From Sphagnum compactum (Eukaryota), in the NCBI GenBank assembly GCA_965153455.1, contig OZ234494.1, positions 4,526,001 through 4,590,000 on the forward strand: 64,000 nucleotides of DNA. Reading direction: 5' to 3'. A model generated the notes under the pieces. It saw nothing but the letters and a program-made list of their open reading frames with translations. It was not told the DNA's origin and ran no database searches. A program made the position numbers and the translations under genes. Below are positions 48,375-61,850 of this stretch, piece by piece (within the stretch, counting starts at the first letter, position 1; each line of letters opens with the position of its first letter).

Positions 48375-51300
48375 ATGGCGACAAGGGCCGCATCGCGGAT
48401 CGCTGTGCGCGCAGCCGCGGCCGCAAGAGCTTCTGTCGCATCCTACTTCCCTGCACAACTCTCGGAGGCTACAGAGTCCCTGAACCGATGGACCCCAGGG
48501 AATCATCAAGTGCGTCACCTGAATGTCCACGAGTACCAGGTCTCTCTCCTCCTCTCTTTTCCTTGTGGCTGGGATTGTAGATCATTTTTAGGACAGTGGC
48601 CAACACCCGGGTTTCGTGTCCAGTCTCATCCCATCATGGTCTGTTCTATGTTAGGGTTTCACCAGATGAGATTTCATTAGGATTAGTAGGGCTTTTGTTG
48701 TTTGAGATCTTTGACCTATGCAGTAAGTTTTAGTCCCTTTGTTGGAGTCTGAATGTGTAGGCCACATGCCATTCAGATGGCTGCCAAAAGATTTGGCCTA
48801 AGGTAAAGGCCAAAGAAAGAGAAGAGAGGTGATCTTGATATTGGTTTCTATGGACTTCATCAAATTCTTAATGACCAGATGATCAAATTCATCATGGTTT
48901 CATCAATTGAGATTTCATCAGGTTTACTGGGGCTTTTGTTCTTTGAGATCTTTGACCTATGCAGTATTTTTCAGTCCTTTTTTTGGAGTCTGAATGTGTA
49001 GTCCAAATGCCCATTCAGATGATTGCTGAACAATTTGGCCTAAGGTAAGGCCACATAAAAGAAAAGAGTTGATCTTGATGTTGGTTTTTATGCACTTCAT
49101 CCAAATTTTTCATGTCCAGTGGATTGGATGTGTGTGAGTGGTCCAGGGTGCCAAATTGATGAGCAAGTATGGTGTGAACGTGCCCAAGGGTGTAGTGGTA
49201 TCTTCTGCAGAAGAAGTACCCAAGGTTCTGAACGATGTCTTCCCTGATAATGAAGAGGTGATTTACAGTTCCTTGTGCAAACCTGGTTGTCTTGCTATGC
49301 TGGCCATGTTCAAGGGGACTGTCTTGATTGGTTTGGCCAATTTTCTTGAACTTGGTTTGTTTGTACAATAAAAAGGACTAAGATGAGAAGCAGCAAGGCA
49401 AAGTAAGTTCAGTAATGGGGGCTGGCAGTGCAGCTGGTGGTGAAGAGCCAAATATTGGCTGGTGGGAGAGGTTTGGGCACTTTCAAGAATGGTCTAAAGG
49501 GTGGAGTGCATATTGTCAAGCGAGATGAAGTGGAGGACTTAGCAGGTTTGTGGATTTTCTCCAACTCTACAACCTTGCATCATGTGCACATAAGTGTAAT
49601 TCCTATCCTAGTGGATGTAGGTCATCATTTACTGCATAGCATTTCAGTTTTCTTTTTGGTTTTGAACTCAAGAGTCCATGGAGGGGTTCAGTTTTTCTGT
49701 ATCGTTGCACCTTTTTCATTGTTGGGGAAGAGAAGAGTTGGGTCATTAGCATAGTATTGATTACCAACCAAATTTTTTTTGTGTGAAATTTTGCATTTAT
49801 GCAATGCTTTTTTTTCTTTAACTGTCACAAGATTCCTTATAGATGCCTTTTAGTTTGCCACATTCTGAGGAGAAAAACATGGAAGTCGGCATATTTAGAC
49901 ACTGGGTTCTTGGAGGCCACCAAAACATAGCAGGATTCTAGGAAATGTCTACTGTCCTCTCTGACCTGTCGCCAAATTTTGGCTCTTTCCTCTCGTAGAT
50001 GGTTGCCAGTGTCAAAATTGAAAATTAAAAAAATAAACCCTGCTGATTGCTGTTTAGTTCTGGTGATCTGGGAAACAATTAATAATCACCAATGTGATAG
50101 TTATTTTTGTTTGAAGTAAACCCCCAGGCATTTGGGAGAATTGACTTTGGGTATGCATATCTAACGACCTTCTCATCAATGTTCTCCTCTGTATTGACTT
50201 GACCTGCATGGGCTTGTAACCACAGGCAAGATGTTGGGCCAGATTTTGGTAACCAAACAGACTGGACCAGAGGGAAAACCAGTGAACAAGGTATGAGTCT
50301 GTTCTGGTGACTTTGATCCATGTGTTGCAATCAGATGCCATAAGTTTTCATTGATGTGAATTATATAAGCAAGCTTGCACTTCCCAACATAGGCATCTTC
50401 TATGCACAGAACTGAGGAAGTGTTTTCTGTGAATGTCTGTTAGGTCAAGCTGGCAGTTTTTTTAAATTGTGGTCACTTAGGCTGTGCCAGACAGGAGAGA
50501 TGCTTTCGTTTGAGTCAACTCCTTAATATACCATAAGTCAATGGGGTGAGCTCACTATCTTTGCATTGGTTGGCTGCAGGTGTTTTTGTGTGAGAAATTG
50601 GCCTTGATCAATGAGATGTACTTCGCTATTGCATTGGATCGAGCCAGTGCTGGCCCTGTAAACTCTTCACATCCTGTGTTTATGTTAACAGAGATAGTGG
50701 TGGAGATTGCTTTTGTTTGATCCACACCAGCTGGTTGAGATACCAAGTGAAGCAGATACATGGGCAGGAACACTGTGCAGAATGATCAACATTTGCTTGC
50801 TTGACAGGTGATCATTGCATGTGCCAAAGGAGGCACCAGCATCGAGGATCTCGCAGAGAAGTATCCCGACATGATCATTAAGGTTATGTACCACCTTTTG
50901 TCAGTTCAGCAGTTCAATATCCCTCTCAACTGTGAATACAGTTTTTTCTCCCTTCAATCTGCGGAGCCCTCTAGTTGCAGTGGCCCCACAAAGTTATCTG
51001 ACATGCTCTAAGCAAAGGGTGCAGGTACCAGTCAGCATTAGAGATGGCATCACTGATGCAGAGGCTGAGAAGGTGGTCAAGGGGCTGGCTCCAAAGAAAG
51101 CAGATATTAAGGGGGGAATAGATCAAGTCAAGAAACTCTACAAGCTTTTTACAGAGTCTGATTGCACTCTTGTTGAAGTAGGTTTACCAGCCTAGTTATC
51201 CACAATGATAAGAATGCTGCACTGCTTTAAAGGGGCAAGATTCTCTGTTGGGTAATGTTGCATCATAGAAATTTGTAGCCTGCATGTACCCTGCATGGAA

Positions 51301-54076
51301 CATAGTCAACAAGCACCAAGCTGATGGTATCATGCTCTTGGGAGCTTGCTGTCATCATTTGAAAGGTTTGGACATTGTTTACCTGCATGCAGATTAATCC
51401 TCTGGCAGAGACATCAGATGGTCGCATTGTTGCAGCAGATGCAAAACTCAACTTTGATGACAATGCTGCATTTCGTCAAAAGGAAATATTTGCAATGCGT
51501 GACACAACTCAAGAAGATCCTCGGGAGGTATGCATGAGAGGTTACAGAGAGTGATGTGATGAGCATAAAGAGTAGAATCTAAGAAAAGGTGAACCACACT
51601 TGGGACTATGCTATGTTCAGTAGGCTGACACCAGTATCATCTTGTCTTAGCCCCATGTTGTAACATCACTGACTTCAAGAAGAGGGTAAATGTTTGTCCT
51701 CCTGCATTCTGCCCATGTCTCTTTTGTTGTGTCTGTTGGCCCTCAAACAAGCAGATGTAGACCCAGGTAAAACAAAATCATCATGCTTTTGGTTGGGACA
51801 GGTTGCAGCTGCAGAAGTAGACTTGAACTACATTGGACTGGATGGTGAAATTGGATGTATGGTGAATGGAGCCGGCCTTGCAATGGCCACCATGGATATC
51901 ATCAAACTCAGTGGTGGCACACCTGCAAATTTCCTGGATGTTGGTGGCAACGCATCTGAGACCCAGGCATACTTCCACTTTTGTCAAATGCTCAGTTTAC
52001 TGCTTGATCCCCATCGAAATTAGAAAGATTCTCTGTTGCAGAGTTCCATCATCACAATTGTTCAGATTGTTCAAAGATGGACACTCTTCACTGTGAGGCA
52101 AAGGCTTTTGGCATGGAAAGGACTTGTCCTTGATGTTCTCATATGGCATATTGCCTTCATTTGACTTCAGGATGAGTCACAGCATTCTTCAGATGCGTCC
52201 TTTTAAGGCAAATTGCCAGCATAGAATTTCAATGTGACTTTTGTGACTGGAAATCAACTAGTGATAGCATAGTATTCACTTCCAAATGTGCACTATGGCA
52301 CCAATATTATCATTGTGCAAAAAATCACTTGTGTTCAGTTTTTGTGAAGGATGAATGGAGTTCAGTCCTTGTTCCACAATTGATAGGAATATATTAAAGA
52401 TGTGCAGGTGGTGGAGGCATTCAAGATATTGACTGGTGACCCAAAAGTTAAAGCAATTTTGGTAAATATATTTGGTGGCATCATGAAATGTGATGTTATT
52501 GCAAGTGGGATTGTCAATGCTGCCAAGCAGGTATATTTTGTTCCACTCTCATTCCTAATGTGCTTTGTTTGATCTGCATTGAATTCACTTGATGGAACCT
52601 GTAATATTGAAGAAATTTGTTCAACATTTTAACTGGTACTCCTAGATGGTTCTTTGACTATCGCAGCCTATATATGTGCAGGTGAAGCTGGAAGTTCCAT
52701 TAATTGTGCGCCTGGAGGGCACAAATGTTGAGCTTGGCAAAACTATCCTCAAGGTACTTGTCCATTTGTAATATGTTTCTGATTTTTTCTGTTCATTAAA
52801 GCTTTGTGCACATTGCGTGTTCAGTGTGCCAGACCAAACCAGTACAGCTTGATCAAGTCCTCAATTTGTCCCCAGGTGGACCAAAGCAGAGTACTGCATC
52901 CAAGTAATCACCAGTGGTGTGCTTAAAGGATGGTATGGGGTGTAGGAGGCCTCAGTCACAGCCCTCTATGAAGGCCTCTCTCTCCTTAGATGCTTGTTTT
53001 GTACAGAGGGACAAGCTAAAATGGAGTGAAGTTTACACTCACAAGCTTGTGGCAGCCTGACTGGGACATATTGTCTTTTACTATTAGCTATGTCTCTTGA
53101 GTGCTAGCCAACATAACAACTGAGTCTTCCTGTTGCTTCCAGAAATGTGACAGTAATTCAGGACCTAGATCTAACGGCTTACCGAAAAATTTGGGTGGAT
53201 TGTCATATACTTCTCTACACCCACTGTTGGGAGTTGATAAAGTTTCATGGCAGCTTGTGGCTGCTTTCAATGATGAAGGCAATAGTCTGACACTTTGTGA
53301 GTGACTCTCATAAGGTTAATGACCCCACTCATACTCATATTACGTTCTATGTGTTATTGTGGAGTTTTCTCTGCAATCTGTTAGATATATAATCTGTTAA
53401 TTGTGCCTTTTGAGTGCCAGTCAACATCATGACTGTGTCTTTTCATTGCTTCCAGAAATGTGACAGAAACTGAGGACACAGATTTTACATAATTGCCCGC
53501 CTTCAGTTTTAAGCAGCTTCTGGGCTATCTGTCTATGCCCACTGCCAAAGTCAGTGGGTATTAATGGCAGGTCATCACTGCCATTCATGATGACAATTAC
53601 AGACTGATACTTTGTGACTGACAATCCTAAGGTTATGATCAAACTTGTGCTTTTAGTGTTTTTGTTTAGCTGGGGTGTGTAAGTGTAAGGGGTGTGTGGG
53701 GGAAGGGCCTGTTCCGAAGTGACACTGGAAGCTATGATCTTATTGATTTTAAGTAGCAGGCAATAGAGTAATGCCTAATGTGTTCCAAGGTTATCCTCTG
53801 CATGTTACAGCTGTCTCAGGGACAGATGGAAGGTATCCTGAGAAGTTTATATGTGTTTGGAATGACCCTTTATTGTGTTGTGAATGTTTGGGTTTTTAAG
53901 GTTCAATATGTGCTGATTTCTTAAGGGAAATTTATGATCCAGATTTGATAAGAGGTGTTGTGAGCACAGTTAAATTGGCTCAGGGAATTGTTTTGCAGGA
54001 AAGTGGAATGACCATCATCACAGCAGAAGACCTTGATGATGCTGCCAAGAAGGCTGTCAAGGCTTTGAAGCATTGA
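48375..54076 (+). CDS. sucC: Succinate--CoA ligase [ADP-forming] beta subunit, mitochondrial precursor, 443 aa, 12 exons
   Basis: Exons 48375-48539, 49147-49257, 49434-49545, 50226-50290, 50580-50657, 50808-50882, 51025-51177, 51393-51527, 51802-51966, 52408-52530, 52682-52753, 53999-54076 (1332 nt, phase-consistent). An Arg/Ala/Ser-rich presequence is followed by [70 protein letters not shown] and VRLEGTN. Confidence 0.97.
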
Positions 54077-56619
54077 CTGGAGTGCTTCACTGTAGGTGCT
54101 CTGTGATAGGCATGAGGTCTGCAGGTAACTTTTGTCCTACAATGTGGTGGATGGACATTCTTGTCATATGTCATGTCATAAAGAGAAACTAAAAGGCCTA
54201 GCTGTCTGTTTCTTATGCAGTCCTTCTCAAGCCCATTGCCAAGCTCTTAGGACTATGACTTCAGGGTCTCGTAATATTGTAATAATTTTGGTCACCTCAT
54301 TAGATTTTTACTATTGTGGCTGCGTTTGCAGCCACTATAGTAATCAGATTTCAACTATTCTGACCAGTAATTTGAATTCTGATTGATTTGCAATGGATGG
54401 ATTTTCCTTTCCCAAAATGACCTCTTGTTCTGTTAGCACATACCCTTCGCCTATTAACTCTTGTATAGAAATGGCAATGGTTAATAGAGATGGATAAGAT
54501 CAGGTACACCAGTTGCAGTAAAATGGCCTGTACACTACACAGTGGATGGAGCACAGTCTTCAAATAGCCAGAAAATGGGTTTGGACCAGTGTTGTGTTGG
54601 GATTGATTTTTAAGAGAACATACAGTCCTGGGTATGATATATTTTATAACTTTGGGAACCCTTTTGGGTAAGGTTTTGAATTTTATTTTTTTTAATTCAG
54701 AGCCTTGGGGTATAGTTCAATTTGTTTTTTTCAACTCATGATGGTTATTGGGTATAGGGTTTATGGTTTTGAAATGGATGTGGTTTTGGGTACAGTTAGG
54801 ATTTAGGGTTATGATTTAAAGAGAAGCACATACATAGAGAAATTGAATAGACAAAAATTGGACCTAATAAAGAAAATTGAGATGCACAAACCCAAAGTGA
54901 GGGAGAAACTCTAAATCTCTAATAGTATTCATTTAAGGCACTGAAACCTGGTCCTTGGGGTTTCCTCCACTGAAAATAAGTGACCTCCTTGTGGAGGAAT
55001 GGTTCATAGGTAAAGGTCTTGATTGAGGTCCTAATATTTAGATTTGGTTAGATTGAGATTCTAATATTTAGATCCAGTCAGATTCTTGATACTCAAATCC
55101 AGAATCCGCGATTTTAACACTTGGATCTGGGTACCTGCACAACACTGGTTTGGAGTTTGGACCTGCACACAATGGATTATGGAAAGGAGGAAAATTTGGA
55201 ATGGTCTAAACTGCAAGGCTCAATAAAAACAATGACTTCTTCTTATTGGCCAGCCATAATGGTTGGCCCAGGTGGCAGCATTTAAATGGTTCCTCACCTT
55301 ATATTGTCCAATATTTCATGTTTACGGGTGGGGGTTGGGGAAACAATTAACACTCTATCCAGTTAGATGGTACCTAGCTACCGCTTTCAGGGACAGAGAT
55401 TTTTTCTGACAATTTTTTTCCTTTTTTTGACAAAAACCTTGGATAATTGTGTTTTCCTCGAGTAGACTCAACAAATTTTGCTAGTTTTTTTTAAATCCCC
55501 AATTTTGTGATATCACAAAAAAGAAAATTTAAACACTGGTCGGGATTCATGGCCCACCATGCAAGTAAGTGATCATGGGTTCAATTCCCCTAGAGGCTAT
55601 GCTAAATTTTAGTTGGAGTAGGTACCTATGTACTGGTAGGTAGCCTGGTTTGCCCTGAAGACCATGAAATGTCCATATGGTTAAAAAGCTCATATATTGT
55701 TGAGTAGTGTAGCATGTGCCATTAGCCCAAGTGTGAACTGGTTACCCAACTAATTTTTCCTCTCAAATTTATCTTTTTAATTTAATTGAATTTCCAACAA
55801 CAAAAATTTCTCAAAATTCAACATCTCTCACTAGGGTAGCCTGACCGATCACTGAACACTTAAGCACTCAGAGCAAAATAGCAGCCAATCAAGTGTTTGG
55901 TTCGTCCTACTATTCCAAGACTTTTTGTAAATTTGCTCTGGGTGCATCCATAGCCATTTAGATCGCATCAAATGGTTGAGAAATGATAGAAATATGCCCA
56001 TTCAAAGTATGGGTCCTTTAAAAGCTGGAAAAGGTACAAAGCAAACACATGGGTGACTGATCAGCAAACACATCACAGTACATGATCAATCTTCAATTTG
56101 TCGACAAGTGGACAACATGATGCTCGTTTTCAAACTAGATGGATGCCAACACTAAATGGATTCATACAAAACAGTTCATCAGGCATGAAGGCCAAGATTA
56201 AAATTTTCAAAATGGGACCAATCTACGATCATAGCAAAAAAGTTGTTCCATTAACCCTAATTTTCTAAACTAAAATGGGCGCTGCAAACTTAAGGTTTAA
56301 TTTCTCTCCTATGCACTTAGGGTTTTAGTTTCTCTCCTATGCATTGCAATAGGAGTTTGCTGAGTTTGTTGTTGTTCAATGTCGTTGGAGACGCTAGTGT
56401 TGTTGAGACACTCCCTCCCTTGGTGTGCTTTGTGGTTTTTATGTTGGACCAAAGATCTTTCTCAACCTATCCCGGAATCATTGCCAAGCTTGCAATTTCT
56501 TTCAACATTTCTTTCTACTCATGGGACCTCACTAACTTATTGTTCATGTTTGTGCAGGTTATGAAACAAGGGACGATTGAAGGCTCTGGAGTTATTTTAT
56601 TATCTCTTTTCCTTAGCGT

Positions 56620-57290
56620 TGAAGCTTTCTCTCTCTCTCCCTAGAGTTGAAGCTTTCTCTCTTTCTGTTGCAATACATCCCGAGGGTGTGCACGTTCTTT
56701 CCCCTCTATCGAATATTTCTCTCTGTTTCCCCTTTGTCAAATATTTTTTCTCTCTCCCCCTAGCCATCACTCTCTCTCTCCCCCCTCTTTGTTGCAATGT
56801 CTCCTGAACCTACGTGTGTTTTCTCCCCTCAACAAAAGCCCTTTTTCTCTCTCTAACCATCACTCTCACTTTTTCCCTAGCATTGAAACTTTTTGTCTCC
56901 TCTTTGTTGTAACTCATCTCGGGGGTGCGCGCGCTCTCCCTTCTATTGAATCTCCCCCTCTCTCTAGCCATCGCTCTCTCTCTCCTCTCTATTACAACGC
57001 ATCCCAGGGGTGCGTCTCTCTCTTTCCCCTCTACTGAATCTTCGTCTCTCTCTAACCATTGCTCTCTTTCTCCTTTTTGTTGCAACACATCCTGGAGGTT
57101 TGTCTCTTTCTTTCCCCTCTACTGAATCTCCTTTCTCTTTGGCCATCACTCTCTCTCTCTCCTTTTTGTTGCAATGCATCCTTGGGGTGTGCTCTTTCTT
57201 TCCCCTCTATTGAATCTTTCTCTTCCCTCACGTTGAAACTCTCACTCTTTCCTTGGCCATTGCCTCTTTTTCTCTCTACAGCAACTTACA
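56620..57290 (+). repeat. CT-rich degenerate ~90-bp tandem repeat; related sequence at ~59420-59700
   Basis: Recurrent TGTTGCAA..CATCC.GGGGTG.G..CTCT..TTTCCCCTCTA.TGAATCT...TAGCCATCACTCTCTCT units. Confidence 0.8.
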
Positions 57291-60059
57291 GATAAATATG
57301 TGCATGTATACGCACATTCAAATGTGTACATATATGTATACATGTGCGACATAATTGCATTTATACATATTTTTATCAAATTTGTGTACACATATTTCCC
57401 TTATAAAAATTTAGATACCATAAAAAGGTTTGACGGACCAATGTGACAAATTGATTTGACAGATCAAGTGAAAATTATGAGACACCATTACTCACAAAAA
57501 GGCCTCCAATTTGTAATTACCAATATTTTTGGTTTAAAAATTTTTGGGCCAAACCTTGGCGAAATGGAAATAGAATGGCACTTATTTCTCTTTTATGTAA
57601 TTCAAGCATAAAACAGTCCTTGATTTTTTAACAAAGGACTAGTAAAATTATGAAACCCACAAAGGTTTTTAGGCACAAAAGGAGGGGTGCATATGAGGAA
57701 TCATTGAGTATGTTTTTTGGTCACCCCTTGAAGCTTTAAGGACATTATTATTATTTTAAATTGGATGCACTTAGAAGGGCTGAATTTTTTAAAAAAAGAA
57801 ATACACAAGCCTATTGAACTTCTTGCATATATCAGTAATGGACATTCAAGGCTAGACCATACTTTGGAAAACTTTGGGTAACATATCCCAAGTGTTTATG
57901 TACAGTGTTAGTATGGATGTTTGGTAGGAATATTGGTCACCAAACAAAGGATTTTTTTAAAGAAGGCAATCGACTTTATATTACATTTGATTTGGTCTTT
58001 ATAATTACAAGCCAAACATGGCTTGTATAATTTTAAAAATAGCCAAGGTTACAAAATCAAGCAAACTAAGGTCCCTAGTTTAGATACATTTCTATATGGG
58101 ATTTTTACACAAGGATGGATTTTCTCCCATAATTTTTGTAACCTTACATACTGGAATCATTGATAATATTATTTATGTACTGCCTGAGACAATCTTAAAT
58201 ACCAGTTAGCAAGATTGGCTTATTACGAAAATCTTTATGTTGGAAGAGGAGTGACTAGCAAGGATGTGCAGGGTACAATTAGTTATTTTGACGGCTATTT
58301 ATTATAGCTAGTCATCACTTTCCATTTGGTTCTACCAAAAAACCCCAAGGTAATCACATTTACTGGAATTTGCTCAAGTAGTCACAAGAAAGCAATTTAT
58401 TCAAGCCTTTGTAAACTTCTACATTTGGTGGAAGGATTTGATTGAAGGCATTGGTCTATGCAACTTGAAACAAGGTCTTTATAAAGCAAGGGGATAGTGT
58501 GCACTCTTGGTCTTGCAAACTCTGGTTTCTACAACAAAAGGTTGTGGTATCCAAAGGTCTAAAAATCAGTGAACTCCTACTAGGTTTCACACACTATTGT
58601 TGGCCAAAATGTCCATCAATGAACATGTAACATTATAAAAGGCTAGATATATAATATTTGTGTAAACTTTAGGCACTAAAAATGGAATAGGTGAATGGAT
58701 CACCGTATCGTGCGGTGGTTTTTCTATGATTTGGCTATTGAAACACATTTTTTGTAGGTTTGTAGGACATTGATAACAAGTTAAAGTGGTTGTAAACACT
58801 TGGTATTCCTCATTATCTATTAACTTCATGTTTGTGGCTCTAGTGGGATGGGACAAGGTGAGGCCAACTTTGTTCACAAGTCCTGTAAAAATGTTGTTGC
58901 AGGCAAAAGAAAATTGGGTTTGGAGGATAGTTGATTACATCCCCTTTCCTTCCTTTATTCCATTATGATTTTCTAATAGATATTTTATATTTTGGCAATA
59001 TCATGACTCAATAGCAACCTTACAAATGGTATTACTATAAGGCATAAATTTGGTGGCATAGTTTAAATCTAATGGTAATCAAGGATTACCACAACTTGTG
59101 GCCAATCTCTTTTCTATTTGGTTAAAATATGTTGAAATACATGTTTTGGAAAAAGAGGCGGTGTTGATTTCGTGTAGCCAAACAACTTGCATGTTGGACA
59201 AATACTTCATAAAAAGATATGCTGTAAGTTTAATTTTTACACAATATGTATTGTGTGAAAATGCAAGGTTGGTTTTAGCAATGATCCTTTTTAGATCCTC
59301 AAAGATGGTATCCAGATTTTTGGACAGTAAGCAGGACATCTACTGTAAATAGTTTCTTCTTTGATTTTTTGCAAATAAAACTTTAAATGATCAATAGAAA
59401 TTGATCAAAAAGATTTTTATCTCTCTCCTTGGCATTGAAGTTCTCTCTCTTTCTTTCCTTTCTATTATAGTGCATTTGGGGGTGTGCTCTCTCTTTCCCC
59501 TCTGCCAAAGCTCTTTTTTTATTCTCTCTCTCTTTTGCCATCACTTCCTTTCTCTCTCCCTTTTGTTGAAGTTCTTTTTTTCCTTGGCCACTTTCTTTTC
59601 CTTTCCCTAGCCATCATTTTTTTGTTCACTTTAAGCCAATATTATTTCTCTTTTTCTCTTCCTTCTATCCAAGTTCTTTGAACTCTAACCTCTTTTTTTT
59701 TTGTCTCTTGTATCTGTTGTAATTATCCAAGCTCGAACTAGAGCTTTGTTCTTTTCATTCCGTCTCAATTCTCCCGAGTTCCACCCATTCACTATCTATC
59801 TTATCTTCTTGGCTCTCCCCCACATCCTACTACAACCCCCCACCCCCCACATCCTACTGAAACTTGCAGCTTATTAATCAATGAAAGGCTGGGGTAACCT
59901 TGCTTGAACATGATTTTTTACAAGCATCCTTGCCTTTGCCCTTGTTTTAGCTTATGATTGTGCAGTTGTTGAAATGCACATGTTGACGCCTTTGTACCCT
60001 AAAAAATGGGCTTTGAAACTAGATTGGAAGTTTTAGTGAATTTTGTTGTTTGCTTCCTT

Positions 60060-61850
60060 AATTGCAAGTGTTGACCAAGCTCGGTTGAAATCTGCTCTAT
60101 GTCATTTCTCAACTAGCTTTTGAGCTACTATGTCTACAACATTTTGTAAATATGTTGCACGCCTTTTCTTTATTTCCTCCTTTTCTTGTTTCCTTTATTC
60201 TCTATTATTTCTACTTATTTGTCCATAGCTTTTTGTCACAAAATTTGCTTGAATATTCATCAAAAGTAACAACATGGGACTGACTATAGTCAATTAACGG
60301 CTTTTTGTTGTATGTTTTTCTTGTAGGCAGATGTGGGAGGGACAACAAATTTTGAAGGCAAATTGGAATTAAAACTCTTGTAAAATGAAGCAATTCCCTT
60401 TCAGATGCATTTGCAAGTTCACATAAATTAATTGTGTAATTTAATGTACCTTCTATTCATGTATTTTATATGACATCAGGACTTGTAGGCTCTTCCACAT
60501 AATACTTTGGTAGTTGTTCCTACCCCTCAACATCAGTTCTAGTTGTAGCAATGTCATCTATAATGGTGGCTATGTTGATTAACTTTGTAGTTACTCCATC
60601 TTCACCCCAGCCTTTAGTATCATTAATTGTTTCATCAGAGTTTTCTTCATTGTCCTCATCTAATGTGTTGTTGTTGCGATTAGCAGCATAGAGTTCACTG
60701 GGCTTAGTCTTTCCATCCATAGCCTTGGGATTAAAAGGCCAAATTCCTGAAACCTGAAACCCACTCTTGATGTTTCTTTTGGACAAAGCTACATCTAATG
60801 CCTTATCTACCCATGCTACAAGTGTAACCTTGTCTGGCTCATTACAATTATTTTTAACCATGCTATTATTTTTCTTTTCTTAGAGATGTTTTGAAGGGTT
60901 TTAAATAGTTCACATCTAAAGGCTGCAAGGCTGGGAGGTGTGTGAAGGTAAAGTAATCATATCTAGACCAAACTATTGTACATTTTTTATTGCCTCTAAG
61001 CTAACATGTGAACCATGTCCATTTAAAGCTAATATATGACAATTGCTTGGAGAGATACCACCTAAGATTAACCTCTTGAAAATTGATAGAAACATTTTGA
61101 ATAAAAAATTTGTCATCCATGTTTTGGTATGGACTGCCATACATTTTCTAGGTTTGCAATGCACAATGTAATCACCTCTAATTCTTTCACCTTGGAATAT
61201 GCAAAACCTTAACCATATGGATCCCCCTGCTACATTCACTACACAATTGATGGTCAGTCATTCTTTAGATTTAAGGATAGTGTTATACACTTGATGAAAT
61301 CCTTTTTTTGCTATAACTCTAGCTCTTAATGAGCTCCGTACTTGAATCCTAGTCTCATCATAGTTCCATATGTGATCTGGCCTATGTTGATGTTGGGTGT
61401 ACAAGGATGTCAAGTTTTGGTAGAACAAGTTGCAAGAATTAGCGATCAAACCTTGGGCTCTATTAATGTCGAGTCTTTCAACAAGACGAATGTTCAACTG
61501 TGGATTCTTGTGTTCAAACCAATACCACCATGAGTCCCCATGCAGCCCATTTTGAAAGTCACTTTTGCCACCTTCCATTTGAGTTATTGTAATGTTATGT
61601 AAAAGCCACATTCCTGCACACTCAAAACCCATGCAACAATAATTTCATCATCTTCTTTATCAATACACCTGGTGGTCCAATTTTCCTACTTTTCGTCTTC
61701 CCATGTAGGTGGTCAAAGAGTGAAATTACATGTATGCCCCAAACTTGCTAGCCCCTCGTAAAGAAGTTATGCCTCTTTCAATTGTATCCATGGCTATTTC
61801 TAATGATTCACTTGACCACTTGCCTCTTGGATTTGTAGCAAGCACCCTAT
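60060..61850 (-). mobile_element. Degenerate pogo-family (Tc1/mariner superfamily) transposase: HTH_psq, CENP-B-type HTH and DDE_1
   Basis: Minus-strand fragments in order: RGKWSSESLEIAMDTIERGITSLRGASK, GDSWWYWFEHKNPQL, IWNYDETRIQ, ILALNGHGSH, LPSHTS/ALQPLDV..KPFK, NIKSGFQVSGIWPFNP. Several frameshifts and stops. Confidence 0.88.
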
